The position numbers were made by a program, and so were the translations under genes. The notes below the pieces were generated by a model. The model was not told the origin of the DNA. It did not search any database and worked only from the letters and a program-made list of their open reading frames with translations. DNA of 64,000 bases from Stegostoma tigrinum (taxonomy: Eukaryota). Every line of letters starts with the position of its first letter. Within the stretch, counting starts at the first letter, position 1. The DNA is taken from contig NC_081388.1 of assembly GCF_030684315.1 (NCBI RefSeq), positions 23,357,015-23,421,014 of the forward strand. Direction: 5' to 3'. This document shows, in pieces, positions 24,001-36,000 of this stretch.

Positions 24001-27000
24001 GCTATAGTAATGGGTTTGTTTCAGTATGTGGTTGAAGAGTGTCAGGGCAGAGGAGATTACCAGAGGGTCATTTTTGAGGAAATGTCACTCAACCCAAAAC
24101 GTGAACTGTGTTTTCTCTCCACTGCTGAGCTTTTCCAGCAATTTCTGTTTTTGTTTCTGATTTCCAGCATCTGCAGAGCTTTCAGTCTCTGTGAGGTCCA
24201 CCTGGGTGACCTTGTTACAACCACTGTATCCATCCTCCTCTGAGGCCGGTTACTTCTTTTCTTGTAGCTCCTCCTGGACCACTTATAGCACTGAGTCAGG
24301 TTTCTCCAACTCTGCCTCTGATACAGATAAAGTGTAACGCATAGTAGCTCATCTCTTGCACCTGGAGCATCACAGAAGAAATTTATTGCTCTCTTCAGGC
24401 AGCAAGGACATTGAGGCAGTGACATCTACCACAGACTCCATGGTTGAACATACCTGATGGAGAGGGAGACCCCATGGGATCCCAAACAATCAGACAGGCA
24501 GTTGAGGAGCTGGGCACATTTTGTTCTTGGATAACAAAGTGTGGAGCTGGATGAACACAACAGGCCAAGCAACATCTTAGGAGCACAAAAGCTGACGTTT
24601 CGGGCCTAGAACCTTTCGTATTCCTAAGATGCTGCTTGGCCTGCTGTGTTCATCCAGCTCCACACTTTGTTACCTTGGATTCTCCAGCATCTGCAGTTCC
24701 TACTATCTCTGATCACATTTTGCTCCTGCACCATTTGAGAGTTTGCAGTTTTCATGTGGCCCACATGCGTGTTCAGGACCATCACACCTACCGAAACTTT
24801 ATACCTCATAGTACCTGACGTCATGTTGACCATGCTCGTTACCCATGCAGCACCATTCTGGGGTTCCTACGCCAAACCCTCTCCCCTGAAGTAAACAGTC
24901 TGTCTTGCTTAGTGGAGTCTTATGTTCGACCTTGGTATTCCTGATGCTGTTTCATCCTACCCCAAGGTCCAGGAAGATCAGATTTAACTTGGTGTGGAGA
25001 CTTCTCCCTGTTAACAACACTGCTGGATCTACCCTTGTATTTGCATGAGGCCTGGTCCTATAATCAACTTGGAACTGGGACAATTTGGTATCGCGTGAAG
25101 CTTTAGGCTGTTTCTTTAAGTTTGCCTTCAATGTTTGGACTGCTCTTTCTGCGAATCATTGGACAATGCAGTTTGCAGCTGTCCTTATATGATGAATACC
25201 ATTCAACTTTAGTAAATACCCAAATTCCCCAATGCTAAACGATTGCATGTTATCTGTGACCATCACTGCTGTTAATCCATGTTTTGTAAAAGATGCATGC
25301 GTTTTTTTTAATTGTCATCCCTGTGTTTGACAAATGAACTCTATGCACATCAAGCAACTTTGAGTGGGCATGCACAATGATTAAGAGCATTCAGCCAACG
25401 AAAGGACCTTCAAAGTTGAAGTGTAACTGATTCCAGGGTTTATCCGGCCATTCCCACAAATATGGGGGAACATCTGGTGGTAATTTTTGTTCTTGTTGGC
25501 ACTGCAGGCACTGGCCTACCAAAGCAGCTATGTCTGCATCTAATCCTCCCCACCAGACATAATGTCTCATCGACATCTTCATTTTGGAAACCCCTGGATG
25601 ACCCTGGTGGAGTTCAGCTGGTACCTGGTGCTGACTGTTGCTCAGGACAATCACTCTTACTCCCCAGAGTCTGGTATTGGTCAGCTGGAACTGAAAGTGT
25701 GCCTGGAACGTTTAAAATCAGAGCGGGCTCTTCCTGTAATGGCTCAATGCATCCGCATTTGCTACCTACTCTCCCAGACAATGTTGTAATTATACACATA
25801 TAATTCAGCCCAACACTGAATTCGGTTTAAAGCTATGGGCAGCACAGACTTCTCCTCTTTATGTAGACCTAGCAGAGGTTTGTGATCCGATATTATTACA
25901 AAATTTACATCCATAAATGTATTGCTGGAGCTTCTTGACTCCAAATATCATCACCAAACCTTAATGCTCTATTGGGGTGTACAGGGAGGCATCACATGTC
26001 AATACTAGATCTCACTTGCAAACATAATTTGTCAACACATAGAGGGTGATGGTTGTCTCTTCGCTTCTCTGAAGGCAATGGCTTGGCTATGTGACCATTT
26101 CCAAGGCTGACCCTTTTTTAAGAGTTGATGCTAAGGTACCAGGGTGGAGGCCAGGCTATGTATGAGCTTTCCATAATAGTTCACCAGCCCAAGGAAAGAC
26201 TGAAGCTCTGGTTCAGGTGTGGGAATCAGGGCACCTTTTGATCAGCCTCCCTTTATCTTTCAACGGGTTTAACCCAGTCTCGTCAACTCTGTAGCCCAAG
26301 TAGGTCACTTGGGATGCCTGGAACACACATTTTTCCCTTCTAAGGCATATGCCCACCTGGGAGAAATGTCTAAGGAATATGTCCAAGTTCTGTAAGTGCT
26401 CCTTATTGGTCTTCCCCATAATTAGCATGACATCTGGATAAATGGCAAACCTGGGTAAAGCTGGTAAAATGTTTTCCATCATCCACTGAGAAATGGCACA
26501 GGCTGATAACACCCAAAATGGTAGTCTCGTTTATTGGTACAAAGTCCTATGGGTGTGAGTTGTAGAATACGTCTAGGAATTGTCATTAACTGCAACTGCA
26601 TGTACACATGGTTCATGTCTGGCTTCGTGAAGCATAGCCAACCCCCCACTAGTTTTGTGAGGGCTTGGGTGTTTATCCAGCTGCGAGAAGCAGTTTACCA
26701 TTCATTTAAAATCCCTGCAAAGGTGAACCGACCTGTGGGGCTTCACAATCAGTGTGACCAGTGCTGCCCGTTCCACAAACTGTGCTGGTTTGATGATTCC
26801 TTCACTTTCCAGCCTTCTGATTTCTGCCTGTACTTTTGCAGGTAATACAAATGGCGCTGGGTGGGCCTTGCAGAATTGTGGAATTACCTCTTGGTCAACA
26901 TGCAAGGTGGCCTTGGCTCCTTTGATAATCCCTGGACCTTTCTGAGAAACTTCCAGCCATTTAGTTAGGACTTCACTCAGGCAGCCATTTTCATATCAAA

Positions 27001-30000
27001 AAATGTTGTGCCAATTAAGGTGAATCTTTCTCAACCAATTTTACCCCATCAGGCTTGTGCCCGAGCCTTTTACGACAATCAGTGGTAACTGAACCAGCTG
27101 CTCCTCATGTAAGACAGGAACTGAAGATGTACCCTTCATCTGTAAAGGTTCCCCAGCACAGGTTCTCTGTCTGGCCAATGTCTTGTGCAAACCTAACCGC
27201 TAGAGTCCACGCTGAATCTTGGTAAAGACTGATTCTGCAATCATTGACACAGCCTCGCCAGTATCGACCTCTGTTAGAACCAGGTGACCATTTAACCAAG
27301 CAGTTATTTTGATTGGTCCTGATTCGGATCTTGCTACGCAATTTAACTGTTCCAAGCCAGATGTAGGTGGACTTTCAGGGTATGTCTCCTGGATACCGGC
27401 CTAAAGGTTCTGTTACTCAATACAGGCCTAGTGGGAGTCTTCCTGTCTCGAGTCTGCATTCTGGTAGCACTTACAATGGGTTGGCCCAGATTCTTGAGAA
27501 AATTTTAACTGTTTGCTTGAGGCTTGGCTTTGTTTTAGGGTTTTGCCGAGGGCTGACCTAGATCCCCTCTGTTTACAATACGTCCTGAGTGAGGCAATGC
27601 AATTGCCTTCATTCAAATGTTCAGTTGGACTGACAAGGGTGCCCACTTCCTTCAGAATACTCTGCAACTCCGATGCTCCACTTGCCACATTTGCCAACGA
27701 AAAAGACTGTTGTAGTGCCTGTTTGAAGTCCAGTTGGACTTCAACTAGTAGGTGCGTCTGTATGGTCACATCATTAATCTCACATACCAAATGGTCTCTC
27801 AGCATCTCATTAAGGGCTAAGCCAAAGTCACATGCCTCTGCCAGTCACCTTAACCTCAACAAAAATCTTGATATGGATTCCCCTGGCTCTCAAATTACTG
27901 AGTAAAAGTGATAGTGTCTCAGAGCTAGAGGAGGCTTGGGATCAAAATATTCCCTAACTAAATCCATCAATTCTTGAATGTTTTAGTATCTGGTGCCTCA
28001 GGGAAGGTTAGGCTCCTAATAACCTAAAAAGCTGCAGGTCTACAAGCTGTCAGGAGAATTACTTGTTGCTTTTCATCTGCCCCCAATGTCATTTGCCTCG
28101 AAAAAATAACACATTCTTACCACATATTAGGCCCAGTCTTCGATAGCAGGATCAAATGAGTCAAGCTCCCCAAATAATCCCATGATGCCAGAAATACTTA
28201 CCCCAACTCAGAGATGACTGTTGCAAGTGAATTTCTTCAAGAGGGTGCTTTCTTCTGTTCACCACTGAAATAACTCTGCAGAAACTGGTATCCCATTGTG
28301 AAGTCACTCTTTATTTACATGTGGAGAGTCCTCTCAGAGTGAACAGAATACTCCTGTTTATATCTGTCAGCCAAGGCTCTCTGATTGGATGACATTAACA
28401 GCCGCAGTCAGGGAACTCATGTTCTACGATATCCACTTGGCTGACCTTGTTACAATCACTATAGTTACATTGACTACATGAATTGTTAGCAACAAATTAC
28501 ATGAGGAGGTATTAAGGCAGATGATTGAAAGCTCAAACAAAAGGGCATGTTCTGGAGAGGGCCTTAAAGGAGGAAATAGAGAGACATAGAGAGAAATGTT
28601 GAGGTTTAGGGAGTAAGTTGAGAGCCTAGCAACTTGGCAAGTGAATGCACAGTTTGCAATAGTGGACTTTAAATTCAAGCTGCACCAAATGCCAGAATCA
28701 GAGGTTTGTCGGGCTGGAGGGGGCTACAGAGACAGAGTGACACGCTAGTGAAGAATTTGAGTGTTTGTTTTAAAGCTGGCAATAATTACCCTTTGAGATA
28801 ATGAGCATCATATTAAAGTTCCCATTCTGAAGAAAATGACTAATTACAGAATTTTAGAAGTCAGCCAGGTTCTAGTCCAACAGGTTTATTTGAAATCACA
28901 AGCTTTTGTAGCATTGGCCCTGCATCAGGTGAAGTGAGATCACATCATAATAGAAGAATGGAGAGGCTTAATATGGTCACAAGGCAGGAAGAAGGTGAAA
29001 CCAGAGACAAATAAACTCATTCTAAGAAAAGAAATGTGGATGGATACTGGTTTCAATAGATGATTGGACTATACCACTTAGCTGAGTTTCAATGTGTGTT
29101 AAAACATCCCATTTGCCTTATTTTATTTCAACATTCTAGCATTGAAACCACAGACAGTAGATAGTTACTGAGCCATTATAGAATCTCTATCACTCCCATT
29201 TTTTAATTAGAACAGTTTTCACTTACTGTAAACAGTGACCACTTCCTTGACCGACCTTTGCTCTCTGTTACACCTTACGAAACAGGGGACAGAGACATCC
29301 CAGGCTGTGACTTTTGGGAAAAAGTCTGCTATCCATTTACTTCCAGATTGTCTATGAGGAGTTAGCCCTGATTTATACTCCAAGATAATTAATACGTCTG
29401 AACCCACACATGATGTACTGCAGTTTGCCTCCAATGAGTGTCCAAACTCCAGAACTTGGGGGTTTATGTCAACCCAGATGTCAATTCCTGCCATGTTTGC
29501 TGCCAAGAAAACAAATCACAGTCAATACATTGACACTGGCTTTATTTCATATTCAGAGTAACTTCCAGAGGTAAATCAAGAAACACAGTAAAACATATTG
29601 TCACATTTTATAGAAATGGGGTAATCAGGGCTTACCTTTACCAAAGAGTAGATAGGCAGCAACTTCCAAATTCCACACGTGTGTGATTCAATGCATGGAC
29701 CATTTAAGAAGGGCTACCCTTCACTGGAAGCTGCAGGAAGCCTGAGGGTAGGAAGTGGTCTTCAAATGAGCCAATTAAATGGGCTGCCCTCGCCTGTCAC
29801 TGACAATACGCCATGGCAACAGAAAGAGTTTCTCCTCCCACCTTGCCCACTATATTGCCAGCCTTATAGCCTCCCAGCCCACAGCGTGGAGTGGGAAGGG
29901 GGACTTACCCCTGTGTATTTTGTGTGGATTCTTCAGCATGACTACTTCAAAGGCTCCGATTTGCTTGCCTTAATCAAACGCGTCTGATCCCTCTAGTGAG

Positions 30001-33000
30001 CATGGTGCTGTTTTTGATCTTAAAAACCACAGCTCCCAGAGCAAACATTGATAGAAAGCCCCTGAGGAGGTGTCTGTCATGCACAACTATACGCTTCATT
30101 TGCCACCACGAACATAACACAGACCACTTTTGTTCCTCCTGTGTCCCTTAGCTGGTGCTAATACTGAAAAACAGCACATTGTTTCATTGTTATTGGAATT
30201 CTCCCTTTACAGGTATCAAATATTTTTAATCAAAAGGCTGTTACTTTTTTTGTTTTCTTCAAGGTTTCTCCATGCATTATTCATTTACAATGAAACAAAA
30301 GTGGAATTACAGCTGCAATAGGAGGGATGGTGGCATAGAGATAATATCACAGAAGCAGTGAATCCCAAACCCAGGCTTCACTCTCTGGACACGGTTCAGA
30401 TCCAAACAAAGCCACTGGTGAATTCTAGAATTCAGTGAATTAAAAGTGAACTTAAAAAGAACAAGGGCCTATTAGTTTTGTCTCAAATTTATAGAATTGT
30501 TACAGCAGAGAAAATGCTGCTTGACCAATCATGTCTACGTTGGCTTTACCAAGGCCGTCCCCACAGAGGAGGCTGAGAACAGATTTGATCGCAATGTAAA
30601 AAATTGTAAGGGGCCTGATTAAAAGTGGATGCGCAGGGTCCCATCCAACTTTGTAAAGAAATCAGTGCGTATGAGGCACAGATTTAAGGCCCACGTTCCT
30701 CCTCATCAGATATTTAAAATAGCTAGAAAATGTTTAAAATTATCACACAGAAGGATGCTACGTTTCCCATTGTGTCTGTACTGGGTGAGGCATCTTTCAA
30801 ATGAGTTGAGAGTCTCTGCCTATATTACCTGCCTTAGGCAGTGAGTTCCAGACACGTAACACCTTCATGTCAGCTCATTTCCCCTCTCCCATCTCCACCC
30901 TGTCACCTTAAATCTGTGCCTCATAGTCACTGATCTCTTTATGAAGTTACACAAGACTCTTCCTATCCACTTTAATCAGGCCCCTTATAGTTTTGCACAT
31001 CTCAATCAAATCTCCCCTCAGCTTCCTCTGTTCCGAGGAGAACAGCCCCAGCCTGTCAACCACACAGGCAATTTTTGCACTGTCTACAAATTCAAGCCTT
31101 ATTATTAAATATAAATGAGGAAAACAGGGACCCAGCACTGAGTCCTGTGAAATCCCACAGTGAAAGGCTTTCCAGCATACATTTCCTGTTGTTTCTTGCC
31201 ACTCAGCCAATTTCGCATTCAGTTTGTCATATTGCCACCAAGATCTGATTGGCTTTTGTTCTAACCGGTCTGCCAGATAGGATCTTGGCAAAAACCTTTC
31301 TGAAGTCCTCGTAGACCATGTCAGTTGCAATACTCCCAACAATCCTCCCTATTGCCTCCTCAATAAATTCAATCAAGTTTAACAGACTCAATATTATCTT
31401 AATAAATCCATGCTCACTATTCTTGATTACTCCATACATTACTAAATTGCATTTTATCTGTCTCTCAGATTCGATTCCAATAAATTTTCCCACTTTCAAG
31501 GTTAGACAAGTGGCCTGTAATTATGTGATCTACCCCCACCCCCCACTCCCTTTTTAAATAAAGGTATAATGTTAACTATTTCAATTCTCTGGCATCACAC
31601 CTGCATTCAGCACAGATTGGAAGTATTGATCGCAGCATCTGTTATTTCCTCCTGGCTTCTTTTAATAACCTGGGATGCATTTCTTTATCATTATCAAAGA
31701 TGCTACGTCTCTCCCTATGATTGTCATATTCAATATTTCACAATCTTCCTTCTGACAACAATGCCTGAATAATTTACCTTATTTGTGAAGAAAATTGCAG
31801 AATCTTCATTAAGGATTGTATCAACATTGTCTATTTCTACATATTGATGGCCTTTTTGATTATGGACTGTACGCTTTCCTTAGCTATCTTCTTACTCCTA
31901 ATAAATTGGATAAAATTGAGTTTTCTTTAATGTTACTTGCCAATATTATTTTAAGCTATCTCTGTTTTCTATCTCTTTTTTTGCTGTCGCCCCCTCCACT
32001 TTCTATACTTCTAGCTTTCTATAGTATTCAGTTATTTGTATCTGATACAAGCTTTCCTTTTCTGCTTTATCTTCCCCTGCAAACTGTTCAGTGGCCTTGT
32101 GGCTCTGTATTTGTCTGTCCCAGCCTTTCGTTTGTGGGAACATATTTGCTCTGAATCTTTTAAAGAATCTCTTTCAATGCCTTCTCAGTGTTCTAACACT
32201 GATTTACTTCAACTTGATGTTTCAAGTCAACTTTTGCTCAGTAAAATTAGCTTCACCCAAATTTAGAAGTTTAACGCGTGTTAAATCTTTGTCCTTCATC
32301 ATAATTATATTAAAACTAACTGAATTATAATCACCCTAACCAAATACTGCCCTACTGTTATTCCTTCCATCGATGCAGCTGCACTTCCCACGACAGAATT
32401 ATATCGTCTTGTTGGATTTGCTAAATACTGGCCAAAAAGGGTCTACTGAATGCACTTAATGAATTCATTTCCCTCCATTCTTCTCACATTAATGCTATTT
32501 CAGTTAATATTGTGGTAGGTAAAAGCCAAACTATTACTACTTTGTTGTTTTTGCACCTCTGAGAGATTTGCCAACATCTGTGCTCCTCCTTCAAGAAGTC
32601 TATTGTACACTCCCAAGAGTATAGCTGCCCCTTTTGTATTACTTAGCTCAGTCCATATGACTTCATTTGATGATACTTTCAATCTATCATCCCTCCTTAA
32701 AATATGTTTGTTTCTTCCACCAAAATTGCCACCCACTTTTCCTTTTAATCCCTCTCCTCTCCTCTACCATGTCTGAAAGCTCTGTAACCAGAAATTCTTC
32801 CTGATCCTGTTTAAGCCGTATACAATATCATACTGCCCTCAGCTGGTCTGTCTTATTTAATATACTCTCCACATTAAAATTTTCTAAACTGTGGTCCCTT
32901 TGTCATCCAGACTTATTTGCACTTCTGAATTCACCATAGTGTCCTTGCCCACAGCCAAAATAGCTTTGTTTCCTGAACAGCCCTACCAATAAAGTTACAT

Positions 33001-36000
33001 GTTCTTGTTGAGCTTATCACCATTTAATATCCATCTAGAATCATAGAGTTTTACAGCAAGGAAGGGGCTATTGGGCCCATTGTGTCCATGCTGATCATCA
33101 AGCAGCTGTGTATTCTTGTCCATTATCCGACAGTTAGTCTGTTGCCTTATATTCTAAGATGATTCAAGTGTTTATATAAAAAACCTTCTTAAATATCTTG
33201 GAGATTCATAGAGTCATAGATTCATACAGCATGGACACTTCTGTCCAACTCATCCATGCCAACCAGACATGCCAATCCTACCTGATCCCATTTGGCAACA
33301 TTTGGCCCATATCCCTCTAAACCTATGTACCAGATGCCTTGTAAATGTTGTAATTGTACCCACCTCCATCACTCCTTCTGGCAGCTCGTTCCATATATGC
33401 ACCACCCTTTGCGTGAACAAGTTACTCTTCACATTCTTTTTAAAAATTTTCCCTTCGACCTTAAACTCTCTAGTTTTGTACTTCCCAACCCTTCATGATT
33501 TTATATACCTGTGTAAGATCATCCCTCAGCCTTTGATGCTCCAGGGAAAATAACCTCAATCTATGCAGCCTCTCCATATTGCTCAACCCCTCTAACCTTG
33601 GCAACATGCTTCTAAGTTTTTTCTGAACCCTTTCAAGGTTAATAACATCTTTCCTATAACAGAGAGACCAGAGTTGTGCTCAATATTCTAAAAATGTGCA
33701 AACCAATGTCCTGTACAGCCACAACATGACATCCCAACTCCCATACTCGATGCACTGACCAATGAAGACAGCCTTTCCAAACACTCCTTCACTACCCTGT
33801 CCACCTGTGGCTCCAACTTTAAGGAACTATGCACTTCCAACCCTAGGTGTCTTTGTTCAGTAATACTCCTGAGGGCCTTCCCATTGATGAATTATCTCAG
33901 TAAAATGCAACACCTCACATTTATCTAAACTCCATCTGCCACTCCTCAGCCTATTGACCCATCTGATCAAGGTCCCATCATATTCTGAGGTAACCTTCTT
34001 CACTGCCCTCTACACCTCCAATTTTGGTGTTGTCTGTAAAATTACTAACCGTTTCTCCTTTGTTCACATCCAAATCATGAAATCATAAATCATGAAAAGC
34101 AGTGGCCCCAGCACTGATCCCTGTGGCACACCGCTGGTCACAGGCCTCCAGTCTGAAAACAATCCTCCACCACCAACCTCTCTTTTTATGTTTTCATTCA
34201 CAGGATGAGGGAGTCACTGGCCAGGCAGCATTTGTTACCCATCCCTAATTGCCCAGAGGGCAGTTAAGAGTCAACCGCATTGCTGTACGTCTGGAGTCAC
34301 ATGTAGGTCAGACCAGGTAAGGATGGCAATTTCCTGCCCTAAAGGACATTAGTGAACCAGATGTGTTTTCCTGACAATCAACAACAGAGTTATGGTCATC
34401 ATTAGATGCTTAATTCCAGATACTTAATTAATTCAAATTCCACCATTTGCTGTAGTGAGATTCAAACTCAGGTCCCCAGAACATTATCTGGGTCTCTGGA
34501 TGAACAGTCAAGCGATTACACCACAAGGCCATTGCCTCCCTATTCCCCTGTCTCCTACCGTCAAGACAATTTTGTATCTAAATGGCTAGCTCCCCCATGT
34601 GATCGAACCTCACTAACCAGTCTACCATGTGGAACCTTGTCAAATGCTTTGCAGAAGTCCACTGACATCTGAAGAAGGAGCAAGACTCCCAAAGTTTGTG
34701 AATTCAAGTAAACCAGTTGGACTATAACCTGGTGACATGTGATTTCTGACCTTATCCACCCCTGTCCAACACTGGCACCTCCTCATCATGGAGGCCGCGT
34801 AGACAATGTCTATTGCTCTGCCTTCATTGATCTTTTTTGTTACCTCTTTGAAAAATTCAATCAAGTTAGTGAAACAATGATTTCCCATGCATAAAGCCAC
34901 ACTAACCATCCCTAATCAGATTTTGCCTTTCCAAATGCATGTAAATCCTGCCCCTCAGAATCCCCTCCAACAATTTGCCCACCACTGTTGTAAGGCTCAC
35001 CAGTCTATTGAACATAGAACATAGAACATAGAACAGTACAGCACAGAACAGGCCCTTCAGCCCACAATGTTGTGCCGACCATTGATCCTCATGTATGCAC
35101 CCTCAAATTTCTGTGACCATATACATGTCCAGCAGTCTCTTAAATGACCCCAATGACCTTGCTTCCACAACTGCTGCTGGCAACGCATTCCATGCTCTCA
35201 CAACTCTCTGCATAAAGAACCTGCCTCTGACATCCCCTCTATACTTTCTACCAACCAGCTTGAAACTATGACCCCTCGTGATAGCCATTTCTGCCCTGGG
35301 AAATAGTCTCTGGCTATCGACTCTATCTATGCCTCTCATTATCTTGTATACCTCAATTAGGTCCCCTCTCCTCCTCCTTTTCTCCAATGAAAAGAGACCG
35401 AGCTCAGTCAACCTCTCTTCATAAGATAAGCCCTCCAGTCCAGGCAGCATCCTGGTAAACCTCCTCTGAACCCTCTCCAAAGCATCCACATCTTTCCTAT
35501 AATTGGGCGCCCAGAACTGGACGCAGTATTCCAAGTGCGGTCTAACCAAAGTTTTATAGAGCTGCAACAAGATCTCACGACTCTTAAACTCAATCCCCCT
35601 GTTTGGCAGATGTGCAGGTGAACCTCTGCTTAATGTGGAAAGTCATCTTGGGGCCTGGGATAGGGGTGAGGGAGGAGGTGTGGGGGCAAGTGTAGCATTT
35701 CCTGAGGTTGCAGGGGAAGGTGCCGGGTGTGGTGGGGTTGGAGGGCAGTGTGGAGCGAACAAGACAGTCACGGAGAGAGTGGTCTCTCCGGAAAGCAGAC
35801 AGGGGTGGGGATGGAAAAATGTCTTGGGTGGTGGGTCGGATTGTAGATGGCGGAAGTGTCGGAGGATGATGCATTGTATCCGGAGGTTGGTAAGGTGGTG
35901 TGTGAGAACGAGGGGGATCCTCTTTCAGCGGTTGTGGCGGGGGCGGGGTGTGAGGGATGTGTTGCTGGAAATACGGGAGACGCGGTCAAGGGCGTTCTCG

